Shown: positions 14,057 through 26,306, counted from the first letter of the stretch. The stretch: DNA of 64,000 nt from Blepharisma stoltei ATCC 30299 (GCA_965603825.1 CBFDEM010000045.1:434001-498000); one strand, 5' to 3'. Translations and numbers: made by a program. The notes: generated by a model from the sequence alone, not told the origin.

Positions 14057-14288
14057 CTCATGCAATTTTAAAGATTAGATAATATAAGCTAATTTTGTTA
14101 TTGAAATTATATATTAACCAACTTATTTATCTTTGTTTTAATAATTTCCTTTAATTTATGACAGAGCAATTAGTTATTTACAATAAATGTCCATATTTTT
14201 GAAATTAAATAGAATATCTTTCACTTTATAGTAAAGTATTGATTTATAATAATTTTACTTATTTATTAATTTTTAAAAACTAAATAAT

Positions 14289-14831
14289 CTAGATAGAAAT
14301 TATTTTTAATAGGTTATTTGCTAGACCTATTGCATCAATAACTTTCCGAATAATAAAAAATCCCATTGAAATTTGATAAACTTGCACCCATGAGCCTTCA
14401 ATTTCAAATGCTTTTGTCTGAGTAAGGAAAAGCATCATCAAAAATACATCACTTAATATTCATGGAATTTCGACGATAAGTGGTGATAATTTGAGGTTTT
14501 TAATTGACTTTTTGGATACTTTTGTGTATATGTCAGCATACATTTGTATCCAATTGGCTAAGTATTGTAATCCAGCAGCGCACAATAGATAAAACCTTCA
14601 TTCTTCTTTGTAAAGACTAGTAATAATTATAAGAATGCAAGTTGGGATTCTTCCTATAGCCAAATCCACTATTTTTGTATATTTTGTTGGCATTATTGTG
14701 GTAGTACCCAATGAATAAAGGGCAGAGCAGCTGAGAAATACTATAGCAAATAGCTGAGGATTGTTGATGAAAAAGACTAGAGAGAATAAGCTGATGCATC
14801 GAATAATGTTGATTGGCACCAAGGTTACCAT
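14289..14831 (-). CDS. Hypothetical multi-pass membrane protein (~180 aa)
   Basis: ORF 14598-14831 extends through two TGA(Trp) to TAG at 14289-14291. Several hydrophobic segments; no family recognised. Confidence 0.55.
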
Positions 14832-15404
14832 TTTTTAGTTTATTCTAATAAAGTCAAGTCAAAACTTCCAATTTGATTTATTAATCCAGTTTTCTGCTGG
14901 CTATATAATAATTCATAGATATCATATAGACTAAAGTTTCACAAAACCAATTTAAAAATGATTAAATTTTAATAAAACCGATACCTTTAAAATAATTGCT
15001 TATGCCTTAATACTTAATTGCATAAATTTATTCTCAAAATCTATCCATTCCACACTAATATAGTGATTAACATTATATATGATTTTTTAAGATGGAAAGG
15101 AAAATTATATAAGAAGTGCTCCTATTCTTGAAAGATTGAAGGAGAATAATCAAAGAAAGCTAAAATGAAGCTATTGGGGGAATTTACACAAAGAAAATCG
15201 ACTAGTAAACCTTCTTAGAGTAGTTTCATGTGAATTTTCAGTCAGAATTATAGTGCCAATTGAGATTATATAAATATGCATTTATTTAATTTAACTTTAG
15301 TCTAAAAGGATAAGAATAATCTAATTTACTTAATTAAAACTTGCCCAATTAATTAATTAATTTTTATATCAATTAATTTCAAATGCTACATATTTATAAT
15401 AATT

Positions 15405-15947
15405 TTAACCCTTTTTAAGGATTCGGTTCCATGCTGCTTTTGACCATTCTTCTTCACTAATTTCAACGCAGATGGTATCTTTGCTTTTGGGGATTTCTTT
15501 TTCTATTCAATTTTCTTGGCTGTTTTTTGGTAATTTATTCTCGATTTCTTCAATTCTTGTTTGAATATTTTTATCTCTTATCGTAATCCCTTCTTGTATC
15601 ATTTCTAATAACGCAGTCAGGTTTTTTCCATCTCTTTGTTTTAATCCTTCTATTTTTACTGTTAATTCATTCACTTGGGCTTTCATTCATTCTTCCAGGG
15701 TTGACATTTTATTTAAGCATTCATTTAATTCAATATCTTTTTGCTTTACAACTTTGCGAAGAGCCTGATTTTGGCCTAAAAGTTGTTGGTATTTTGCCTT
15801 TTTTTCTAAATCTTTATTATATGAATCAGAATTTCGAGCTCTTTTTATTGGAAGTTTTGATGTGTTAGCTCTAGGCTTTTTTTCTTTAGAATTGATCGTG
15901 CTATTTGATGTGCTTTCTTGCGCAGGAAGAAGTTTGGTTGCTGACAT
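15405..15947 (-). CDS. Hypothetical coiled-coil protein (~180 aa)
   Basis: ORF 15687-15947 continues through two TGA to TAA at 15405; heptad-rich. Confidence 0.65.
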
Positions 15948-16290
15948 ACGAATCGATTTTTTATTTGTTTAGGAAAATTAAAATTAATTGAATTTGAAAT
16001 ATATATTGCCCCCAAAATTTAGAAAAATTTTAATTTATGTATTTTTGCAAATAAAATTCTGATCTGCAACAGCAGTAATCTAAAATAAAATCTTTTAAGA
16101 AAATACCTTTTTTTTGCATAGGTTACATTAATTATTTATTAGCTTTAATATATATTAAGCTTGTCATCAAAATTTATTTTAAAAAATAAAAGCAGCTAAT
16201 TTAATATTGAAATCATCTTGTCCAAGCATTTTGATTATCATTCACGAAGATGGAAAGTAAACAACCGCAAAGCAATTTAATTATTATTTA

Positions 16291-16992
16291 ATGATAAATG
16301 CACGATCTATATCCTCTCAAAGAGCTATATTAAGAAACTCAAAATCAAAAATATTGAGTTCTGTACCTTCAGCTATTATTTCTAAACCAGAAGAAAAAGA
16401 TCATCAATTTAATCATACAAGTCGTTTGTCAAAAGACAGTCCAGATTTCAAAGAAATAAGGCGAAGTAAAAGTATATACGTATCCCCACCACGATCCCAT
16501 ATATCAAGAGATCTGAGTTCTCAAAAACTACATAAAAGAAATTCACAGAGTAATGAGCATTGTCACCTATATGAAACTTCAGCCTCATTATTTTCTAACC
16601 TTGAAAATAGTGCTTCAAATACTCTCAGACTAAGCCCTCTCAAGCGAAATAGACATAACTCAAACTCAGCAGAAAAATTGGCCTCATTGGATTCAATAGT
16701 GGATAAATGTGAAAATGTCAGAAGGAGTATGAGCAAATCTAACCTTTCAAATGCTATGGAAAACGCGATCAGTTGAAAAGTACTTAGAGAGTCTCTTGAC
16801 ACAAAAAAGGAAAGGCCCTATGTAAAATCTTACCAAAAATCATCTGAAGATGAAATGATAAAAGAAGCTTTGGAGCTTCAAAAAAAATTTGAGATAGATT
16901 TTATAAGAAAAAAGCGGAAAATCTGGAAAAATTCTAAACCTGCACTTGCATTCAAACTTGAAAAAAGTTTAAATAAATATCGAATAAAGTAA
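16291..16992 (+). CDS. Hypothetical Ser/basic-rich protein (~233 aa)
   Basis: ORF 16291-16776 continues after TGA(Trp) to TAA at 16990-16992. Confidence 0.65.
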
Positions 16993-16995
16993 TAA

Positions 16996-17691
16996 ATGGT
17001 ATTTGTATCTCTTTTAACACCAGCTTTTGAAATACAAAGAGGAATATCTGATTTGTATGCAGCTTGCAATGAAAGATTTGGTACTAGCTCCATAAAAATT
17101 TATAGACTGACTCCAGTTGAACAAATAGAAAATGAAGATGAACTTGTTGCAAAACTTGATTGTAATTTATCATTATCTGCAATTGAAAATCTTCTTAACG
17201 AGAGAGCCCAAATCCAAATTCAGCTAGAAAGGGCGAAAGAAGCTTTGAACGACTATAGTTTCGAGATTAAAAAGCTTAAGGAAAACGCAAGGTTATCAAA
17301 ACCACAAAAAATCAAAAAACTTGAGATTGAGAATAAAAAATTGAAAGAAAATTTTAAGTAAAAGTTACTTAGGACCAACTTAGATATGCATACAGAATAT
17401 ATGAAAGAAATGGAATTGAAAGTAAATAAGCTTAACGAAAAAATTGAAGACCTCGAATCAAAAAACTCAGAGAAAGATTATGAAAAAATCAAAAAAGAAG
17501 AAAATAAGGATCAAAAGGATATGTCTAACCTAAATAAAATTGAAATAGTAGCAAATATAAGTGATTCAGCAAATAATTTGGAATTTAAGGCTGCTGAAGA
17601 AGAACACATAGGAAAGCCAACCTCATTACCGATAAAGGGAAAACTCTCTATTCCGAAGCTAAGTATTGGAGGTCTATCTATGCAAAAATAA
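16996..17691 (+). CDS. Hypothetical coiled-coil protein, one 15-nt intron
   Basis: ORFs 16996-17361 and 17386-17691 are joined by removing intron 17358-17372. Confidence 0.7.
17358..17372 (+). other. 15-nt spliceosomal intron GTAAAAGTTACTTAG
   Basis: GT..AG, A at -6, contains the in-frame TAA; removal restores the frame. Confidence 0.85.
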
Positions 17692-18140
17692 TTTAAATAC
17701 TTAAAATTTAAATATCTTAAATATTTTTCATAAATGGAAATACAAATTTTGCAGTGATTAGAAAAAAGCCCAAAATTATAGTAAGTATATTCCGCACTAT
17801 TTTACATTATAATTTTTTAATATTTTATTATCGAAATAAATCTCCTAGGTATTTTAAACTATAAGCTTTAATTAACTTACTCAACCCTTTATTTATTTAA
17901 TTTTGAAAAGTTTCCTATAAAGCTCTCTTGCTCTTAATGTCTAAATCTGAATTTTCCTTTTTCTCTGCTTTAATCTATTTTTATCAAGTTAATCAATTTA
18001 TTTTTATAAAATGCTAATCAATATTTCAGGATTTTATATAAGATCTCTACCTATTATCTTAAATTTATAGCTAGTATATCCAAGAAAATTGATGATTTAA
18101 ATAAATTTACTTCATTCTTTATAAATCCTCTATAAAAAAT

Positions 18141-19467
18141 ATGGGACTAGTCGCATCTTGTGCGAGCTCTGCAATCTGCTGTGCAGGATCAGCATGTTGC
18201 AATTGCATGTGTGGTACATGTATGAAATGCTGTAAAACTTCTCATCATCACCATATGAGACTCGGATACCTTGTATTAATGATTATTGCTGCTGGCTTTG
18301 GTATCTTATTTTTATATGAAGGAAAAAATATGATGACTCCTTGAACAAAATATGGCCTAGTAAATTGTGACGGGAACTCTGAAAGTGTATGTTTGGGTGT
18401 CCAAACAGTCTATCGTGAAAGTTTTGCTTTAGCGTTATTTTTTCTTTTAATGCTATTTCTAAGCATCCCCGGTGGGAAATTCAGTGCTATTATAAACCGT
18501 AAAGCTTACTTAGAGGGTGCATGAATTTTTAAAACGCTTATAATTATCGCAATTTTTATTATCACTTTTTTTATTGACAATGCGTTTTTTGTAAATTCTA
18601 AGATAGGATGTTTGAAGAGAAATCTGCAGATATGTGTCAATGTTCTTCTTGGTTATCCAGATTATTATATTAATTGACTTCGCTTATACATGAAATGAAG
18701 ACTGGTTGAATAAATATGAAGTTTCGTCCTCTAAAGGCTACTGGGGATTTTGCTTATTCTTTTTCTCAGGGCTAGCATGGTCGCTATCTATAACTATAAT
18801 CGCACTATGCTACTATTGGTTTGGGACATCATCCGAATGTGGGGTCAATATATTTCTAATCACACTAACACTCGCACTAGGATCAATTTTTACAGTAATG
18901 TCTTTGACTCCTCTAGTCGAGAATGGATGTAATTTATAATTAGCTTTACTTACAAGTTCAATTGTGAATATTTATATTGTTTGGCTATGCTGGTATGGGC
19001 TAGTATCTGATACATCAAATTGCAATTCATGAAATGACACAAAATCAACAGGCTTGACTATTGCTTTTGGGCTTTTAGTTTTAATGATTATGCTTCTTTA
19101 TATATCATTCAGAGAAATTAAAAAATCCGATAAACAAACAATCGCAAGAGACGCTGCAGAAGTCGTCATGGCACCTGAAGATGAAGGAAATGAAAAAGAA
19201 GCTTATAAAGAAGACGAAGAACTTGATAGAAGAATGGTTTATTTCCATGTGCTCATGATTATTGTATCTATGTATTATTCAATGCTACTTACGAATTGAG
19301 GAGCTGCAAATGTGGATGGAGGCGCTTATGATAAGTAATTGATAGTTAGTGACAATGCAAGCATGTGGGTAAAATTTGTTGCCTTGTGAACAACTGTTTT
19401 GCTTTATGTGTGGAGCCTGATTGCCCCTAAAGTGTGCAAAAACAGAGATTTTAGTAGTCAGATTTAA
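18141..19467 (+). CDS. Serinc/TMS1 serine-incorporator membrane protein, four tiny introns
   Basis: Cys-rich N-terminus; VYRESFAL, QGA(W)IFK, IQIIILIDFAYT(W)NEDW, FHVLM..SMYYSMLLTN(W), WVK..LYVWSLIAP..NRDFS are Serinc motifs. Introns at 18499-18513, 18591-18606, 18929-18943 and 19335-19349. Confidence 0.9.
18499..18513 (+). other. 15-nt intron GTAAAGCTTACTTAG (stop-free, frame-neutral)
   Basis: Matches the intron consensus; removal gives the Serinc-like INQGAW. Confidence 0.7.
18591..18606 (+). other. 16-nt intron GTAAATTCTAAGATAG
   Basis: Required to shift the frame by +1 into the IQIIILIDFAY exon. Confidence 0.85.
18929..18943 (+). other. 15-nt intron GTAATTTATAATTAG
   Basis: Contains an in-frame TAA; removal gives ENGSLLTSS. 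Confidence 0.85.
19335..19349 (+). other. 15-nt intron GTAATTGATAGTTAG
   Basis: Contains an in-frame TAA; removal restores the C-terminal WVK..LYVW exon. Confidence 0.85.
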
Positions 19468-19511
19468 TTTTATATCAATAATGAAAATTAATTTTTACAA
19501 GAAACGGATAA

Positions 19512-20834
19512 ATGCCTGCCTTTAAGCATTTTCTCTTAGTTCTATTTTATCTTTTGCAAGCAAATTCACTAAAAATACGCCCACAATCAGTTTTTTTACA
19601 AACTTCCTACTATGAGAAAACCCAATCTACAAGTCTAGGCACACTTGCAGATGGCATTGACAAATTAAATCAAGATCTCACAGATCTGGCTCAACAATTG
19701 GACGAATCCTTAAAAGCCCTCAACGACCAAGTGAAAAATTCAATAGATATTTCAGACGAATACAGCACCGCACTAATAACAGCCAATATAAATGATATTA
19801 AGCGGCAGCTTGACGCATTAGACCAACAAATTTCTCAGCTAGAGGCAGAATACACTACAATCCAATATTGCCAAGACAAGCTTTCCTGTGGCCTCTGCAC
19901 CGAGAGAACTGACTGTGTATGATGTTCTGAAGAAAAAACCTGCGTTAGCGGAGACGAAAACGGACCATCAGGAGAAGGATGTTTTGATTATTACTATGGA
20001 CAATGTGATAACACTGGCTGCGATATTTATCTGTCCTGCGATAATTGTATTGCTGACCCACTCTGTGGATGATGCGAAAACGGCGATTTTTGTGTGTCTG
20101 GGACTGAAGACGGCTCAGACCAATGCAAATCAGATTTTTATATTCATAAAGATGGAAGCAACAGCATATGCCCTGCAGTTGGCAATTCTGGCTCAGATAC
20201 CGATTTATATGTAAACACAAACAATTTAGAACAAAAAGATGAAGATGACTATCAAGCAGATTTAGACGTTTTGTATGGGGTCAAAGAAGATTTAGAAAAA
20301 CAATTAGAGCAGCTTGAAGATGCCCTTGATGAAATAAATGATGAAGCAAGAAAAGCTGAAAATAGAGATATGGGAGATATCGCTGTAGAAAATGATTTAG
20401 GAGGAATTGGAGATATGGTGGATAGCCAGTATGAAGATGAAATAGAAGAAAGCAAAGATTATCAATGGGAGCTTGTAGAAGAATCTTCAGAAGAAACTAT
20501 TGACCAAGTCAATGAACAAGTTGTAGAAAGCACTGACTCAGTTGATGAAAATATAAATGAGTCATATTCGGCTATTCAAGATAGACTAGATGAAGTGGAA
20601 AGTGAATTAAATAGTGAAATAGATGCATTAGAAAGCGATATAGAAAGCTTGCAAACAGAAGTGGACTCGTCAGCTGCACAAAGTAATACAACAACCACAG
20701 AAACTACGACAACTGATGGGACAACAACAGATGAAACGACTGATGGAACAACTGAGACAAGTGAAGCTGATACAACTGAGTCAACAGAAACATCGGAGTC
20801 TTCTGATGCAACTTCATCAGAAACAGCAGAATAG
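19512..20834 (+). CDS. Secreted acidic coiled-coil protein with two PSI-like Cys modules and a Thr/Glu-rich tail (~440 aa)
   Basis: Signal peptide; CQDKLSCGLCTERTDCV(W)CSEEKTC and CDIYLSCDNCIADPLCG(W)CENGDFC (both W are TGA) are PSI-like CxWC modules. One frame to TAG at 20834. Confidence 0.8.
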
Positions 20835-20920
20835 TCTTCATTCATGCAAAATTTAATCATTATTGTTTGATAAATAATACAATTTATATAAATTTACTTA
20901 TTTCATATTAGTTTCAATTA

Positions 20921-21261
20921 ATGGCTGATTAAGAGAAACAGAACTGCTATTGGAAGTTTCTATTATTGGAAACGCTGCTTGTGGAAAATCATATCTTATG
21001 CTAAAATTCAGAGACAATATTTTTGAAAATAACTATATAACTACGATTGGAGTGAATATTAGAAATATAGATCATATGAAAATGCAGTAAGCCTGAGCAA
21101 AATCTGATTTAGAAAGCCAGAGAGTAGTTACTTATGATGAAGTAAAAGAGCTTGCAGAGATAAACAAAGCATACTATATAGAGGTATCAATGGTAACAGG
21201 AGATAATGTCCAAAATGCTTTTAAATTAATTACAAGCAAAATAGTCTCAAGCTTGAGTTAA
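20921..21261 (+). pseudogene. Rab-family small GTPase pseudogene
   Basis: IIGNAACGKSYLM..F..NYITTIGV, KSDLESQRVVTYDE, YIEVSMVTGDNVQNAF. ATG 20921 is out of frame, there is an internal TAA, the WDTAGQE region is absent and there is no C-terminal Cys. Confidence 0.8.
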
Positions 21262-21561
21262 TTATTATTCTTTAAAACTTTTTCCATATCTGAGTGAATT
21301 TTCTTCAGTTTTTTGAAAATACTGATATGATAATTCTAAGCTAAAATGTAATAAATAGTTAGTTTTAATGATTAATGGCCTATCTATTAATATTTGGCAT
21401 TTATCAAATCTCGCTTAAATCTTTTGATATCTGCTAAGTTTATTGAAAGAAAACTCTAATTTATATTTTTAAAATTTATCCAGCCCATAATAAAATTTTT
21501 ATTATTTCAAATTTTATTGAGGGGGACCTTTTAATCATTTTTTTTATCCATATAATAAAAT

Positions 21562-22782
21562 ATGAACGAAGATCTCAGTTTCTGTCCATTTCATAGACCA
21601 TTAGAAGACACTTGCGGAGGCTGCTTAGCCTTTATCAGCTCAGCCCGCAAAATAAAAGAAGAAGGAGACAAACTCAACAAAGACGTCGACCATCTCAAAA
21701 AACTAAAAAAGATCCTTAAAGTAAAGTTAGCAAACCTTGAAGGAACCTTATACAACCTAACCAAGCATACCCTAATTCAAGAAGGCCAGCTTCCAAACTC
21801 CTACGTCAAAAAGCACGCTCTCAATGAGTATTTATTAAAACTGCCTCTTCCTTCAAATTTTTTCGCAATTCTCAAAGACAAAGAACTTTCTATGAGCTTT
21901 TTGCTGCAGGTCGGGGCTATAGAAAGCAGAAGATCTTGCCATTGTGGAAGAGATATGGCATTAATACTCAGAGATAGAGAAGAAAAATACGAATTCGAGT
22001 GCTACTGTGGGGCGTCTGAAAGTCTTATAGAAAGAACTATCTGGGAGCCAGCCCATCTGACACAAGAAAATATTTTACTTTACATTTTCTTATGGGCAAT
22101 GAACATGAGGGATAAAGAAATCATCCATTTATTAGGGATTTCTTCATATGACGCCAAATACTGTGATATCACATTGAGAAAAATCATATCAAACTATTAC
22201 ATAAAAAACCTCCCCAAGTTCAAAGGAATCGTAGAAATTGATGAGTCTTGCTTCAGAAGCAGCAATAGCAGTACAAGCCGAAACGTCAAATTTGGCCAAA
22301 ATTCACCAGAAAAATGGGTGTTTGGACTATATGAGAGAGAGTCAAAAAGAGTTTATATGGAAGTCGTCCCAAAAAGAACTGCCCAGCATTTAATCCCAAT
22401 TATCCAAAAACGCTGTGAAGTCGGAACTACAATAATTTCAGATCAGTGGGCTGCATATAATAAACTTCCTGAGTACGGTTTTCCTCATTTTACTGTAGAC
22501 CACTCAAGGTTTTTTGTGAACCCTCACAATAGAGAAATCCATACCCAGCATATCGAAATTTCTTGGTGTTGGGCGAAATATGATATCAAGCGCCATCATA
22601 GACATCTTAATAATATGCAGGATTATCTCAATGTTTTTTGCTGGAAAAGACAGTTCAAGAATAGCCATAAATTAAGCGAAGTTGGAGACACAATGAAAGC
22701 ACTATTTGAAGTACTCAGTGAATATCAAAAAGAAGGGAAGATTATGGAGAAGAAGATTGCTGAAGCGTTGCTTGTAGAGTAA
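21562..22782 (+). CDS. Merlin/IS1595 (ISXO2-like) DDE transposase-derived protein, apparently domesticated
   Basis: GIVEIDES, KWVFGLYER, VVPKRTAQHLIPII, GTTIISDQWAAY, HFTVDHSRFFV, HTQHIEISW. N-terminal Cys/His cluster, coiled coil and a CHC..CYC zinc ribbon. The next gene's stop is 7 nt away, so there is no room for a right TIR. Confidence 0.9.
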   Translation: MNEDLSFCPFHRPLEDTCGGCLAFISSARKIKEEGDKLNKDVDHLKKLKKILKVKLANLEGTLYNLTKHTLIQEGQLPNSYVKKHALNEYLLKLPLPSNFFAILKDKELSMSFLLQVGAIESRRSCHCGRDMALILRDREEKYEFECYCGASESLIERTIWEPAHLTQENILLYIFLWAMNMRDKEIIHLLGISSYDAKYCDITLRKIISNYYIKNLPKFKGIVEIDESCFRSSNSSTSRNVKFGQNSPEKWVFGLYERESKRVYMEVVPKRTAQHLIPIIQKRCEVGTTIISDQWAAYNKLPEYGFPHFTVDHSRFFVNPHNREIHTQHIEISWCWAKYDIKRHHRHLNNMQDYLNVFCWKRQFKNSHKLSEVGDTMKALFEVLSEYQKEGKIMEKKIAEALLVE

Positions 22783-22789
22783 TTAATAA

Positions 22790-24370
22790 TTATAACTCAA
22801 TTTCTTCTTGTTGTGAGAGAGGCTGGTAGAAGTATTTTTTAGCGGCAATGTATAGTAATCCAGATATTATGCCGATAATCAAAATGACTAAGTATAATGC
22901 ATTCCATTGAAAACTTCCTTCAAATTTCTTATCTTTATCTGCAGGTCCTGTTGAATTTAAGTCAGATTTCAATGCAGAAGAGAAAAAAAAAGAGCTTTCA
23001 TCAATACTGTAATTTTTATTCGAGACTTTATAATGCTGTTTTGTCCTTGAATTTACTATATGGGACTGAGGAGGGACATTTGGGTCAGGTTTATTCTGTT
23101 TCAGCCAATTCGAATCAACTTTTGCTGAAATCACTACAATCACATCTTCTTCTGTTATTATTTCTTCTGAAAACTCAGTCATACCTCCCCATCTGCATTT
23201 CCCACCTCTATTTTTTGTTTTTTTTAATAGACTGATTGATTTGCTTGAATCTTTTATGATTTCTTCATATAAAGTCTCAGTATATTTCCCATAAAATACC
23301 TGTGTATAATCAACTGTTATGCATCCCCAAACTGTCCAGTCTACTCTTATCCCATTTTCAATTGTTACAATATCAGCTAAAATGTATGGTTTTGCAAGGT
23401 CGATTAGCCCAAGTGACATTCTAATAAACTGTGGGATTAGTCCACCTTGTTCTGAGGACAATACTTGGCTTTTATGTCCATATCTTTCTGTATCAGGTGA
23501 TTTGTCATTATCTGCTTCTACAAGAAACATTAATTGTTTCAGTCCTTCTGGGTTTGAATTTGAAAATTCACTGCAATTTGTGATTGGTTTTTCAGGATTT
23601 ACTGAGTTTTCCCAACCTCCTGCATAAGCCCAGTCTTCCATTCCACCAGTCACATCATAAACTTTATCAGTCATCGGGCCAACGCCTAAGTCAGCCTGAG
23701 AAAATTCTAAAATGGCTTTGGCAATTGAGTCGGCTGCTGCATGGTCTGGGGCTTCTGTAGATTTTTCATCCTTTTTATGATCAGGAGCTCCCCAAGGATA
23801 TGAAATAGAAGCATCTCCTCCATGAAAAGTGATGCTTGTCCTTATCAAGTATTTTTCGAATATTTTTTCAACTGTTTTAGCTGTTATTGTTTTGAAGCAT
23901 TCTCCTTTGATCATATATGCGAAATCTCTGTTTGTGTCATATAATCTCCCTCCCACTGATTCTTCACGCTGGTTACGATAATATCCTTGAGCATTTGTCA
24001 TTGGAGTCATAATTATAAGGCGGGTGTCGACTAGTCTTTTTATTCATGAATTTGTGTCATAATTTGAACATAAAAATTCAGCGAGCTCTGCTAACACGAC
24101 TGGGCCTAAGCGCTCATTTCCATGAAGGCAGCCTGAAAAATAGATTTGAGGAACTGAACCATTTGAGTTTGAAATTGTAAGAATTGGGGTTAAACACTCA
24201 TGGCAGTCTTCAGGCGATGGCAAGTTAAAATCTGTTTGAGAAGATGACAGTCTTAGAAATGGGCAAGTAGCATTGAGATGCAATAGACGGGACATTATTT
24301 CTGTGTAGTTCAGTGGTGAGTAGCTGTAAACTGCAGAAAAGCTGGCAAAAATAAGAAATCATGCCATCAT
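22790..24370 (-). CDS. M14 zinc carboxypeptidase with signal peptide and C-terminal TM anchor (~526 aa)
   Basis: HGNE, PMTNAQG, DTNRDF, TFHGG, YDVTGGMEDWAY. Joined through two TGA; ATG at 24370. Confidence 0.88.
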
Positions 24371-24483
24371 CTTTAAAGTATTTACTTGTTTCCTATAGCT
24401 TAAATTGTGAAAATGGTCGATTAAATGCTAATAAAGCTTAAAAAAGATTAAATTGTTTTAAAAAGAATTAAAAATAAATTATA

Positions 24484-26295
24484 TTATATTTTCATAAAAA
24501 TTTCGTTTTTTGGCTTTTCTATTTCAGGCGGCATTGATTTTATCATTTGGAAAATTTCTGCGTCAGACTTATTCCAATTTTGTGGAAGTAGCCATCTTCT
24601 CGAAGTATTTGTAACAATAAATGGCAACAAATCTCCTTTTATCTTTTTACAAGTAAACAAAAGATGACAGCAAGGTATCTTGTATTTAATTGTTTTATTG
24701 CAATTGCAGCTTGCAGCATTCACATCAATTTCAAATTCTTCTTTACAAAAATGTCTGTCATCTTCAACATATATAAAATTTTCTCCTAATTCAGATTTTA
24801 TTTCACAATTTTCCATGCCATTTAAAGATCTCAAAATCTTTTGTATGCAAAAATCAGTGTACAAATTCTGCAGCCCATTAATTCCTTTGAGTCCCAGCAC
24901 TACTTCAGGTTTCTCGAAATTGGAAATTTTTGTATTATTACTCGTCTGCATATCTTCGAATTCTTTGAAAATGTTAAATTTTGCTTCTTTTTTGAGCAAA
25001 GAATTGATAGCTTTTAACAGGACTTCTACGTTTCGGATCCTGCGTTTTGAGTGAAGCCCTGCTAAAAAATAGTTGCAAGTCCAGTATTTCGTCCATTTTT
25101 TTCTTTTTATCATCAAATTTTCTAATTCGTTATTTCTTGCTGTGACTGGGATTTCGTCAACCATTTCACTAAATTTTTTAATAATTTCTGGCTCAGATTC
25201 AGCTTTATAAATTCCAATCATTTTTTCTCTTATAATAGTCCAATCATTGCTAAATATCCCATGAAGCCTTTCTAAGACATGTAAAACACTGAAAAGTATT
25301 TTAGTCTGCGGGAAGCATTTCTTTAAACAATTATATAAAACAGGCTCTGAGTCCATAACGATAATTTCTGGGTCTACAAGTCCTAGTTTTTTAAACTTCT
25401 TGAACGCTCATGAATAGCTTAACTCATTTCCAATCCTGGCTAGTGTCAAAGCAATCAAATTATTGTTTCCTCATGAATCTACAGTGACCATAAGTATGGT
25501 GAAATTAAAATATGAGTAAATATTATAAGAAGTACTGATAAACATAATATCTTTCATATTATTCCATATATATATTTTTTCGGTCGTTGTCGCGAAAAAT
25601 CGTTCTGTTTTTGGCTCACTTTCTATAATAGTGTCAGGCGTTTTTATGTGATTTTTGATAATGTCTTCATAAGTCATTGCCATTTTCTTTTTTTGGCACT
25701 CGTATTTTACGAAGTCTTTTATTTTTCTGTAATTAAACATAATATCTGGATGCTTTTCTACGATTTTTTCATAAATTCTTTTTGGAGTGAAGCCTTCTTG
25801 ATAAAGAGTCAATGCATAAACTTTTATATCGTTAGACAGACATACACTTCTAGGTATTTCTTGAAGATTTGAGGTGGTGAGCCTAGGGTGGTTATGGTTC
25901 GGGACCATTTTTCTGCAATAATACTCTAAATAATTTTCATTTTTATTTCTCGGGACTCAGTTCATAGTAAATGGACAAAGAGACGATGGAGCGAGGTGAG
26001 GGAATTTTTCGTTTTTGTGAGGAACTGAAAAATAGCAGACTCAGTCAAAGCGGTTTTTGTGGGAGCGGATTATCCTGGCGATTGTGTTGTCTTCTTTAGC
26101 ACATGTTGATGCTATAGCGAACTTTAGATCTGGAAGGTTTTTACAAGTTATGACAGAGCCAACGTAAAAGCACTCGGTAACATAGCCGCTTTGCTGATCT
26201 GAGGCAATTTCTTCATCATAAAAGCCCTTTCTTTTTTTATCATAGCGGCAATGTTTTTGCAGGAGTTTAAACGGATTTGCGAAATGCTTGCTCAT
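24484..26295 (-). CDS. MULE-transposase-derived FAR1-like protein with SWIM finger, copy 1 (603 aa)
   Basis: One frame with 4 TGA(Trp). N-terminal C..CPF..HNH DNA-binding-type motif; MULE core (SYS(W)AF..PEIIVMD..FPQTKILFSVLH); SWIM CNC..IPCCH. Confidence 0.82.
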
Positions 26296-26306
26296 GATTT
26301 TATATT

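Noticed and set aside
15091-15273. About 60-codon open stretch under TGA=Trp
   Set aside because: No in-frame ATG after the upstream TAA and no recognisable motif.
20686-20830. ACA/ACT/GAA-rich repetitive tract
   Set aside because: Encodes the Thr/Glu low-complexity tail of the secreted protein; not a CRISPR array or satellite.
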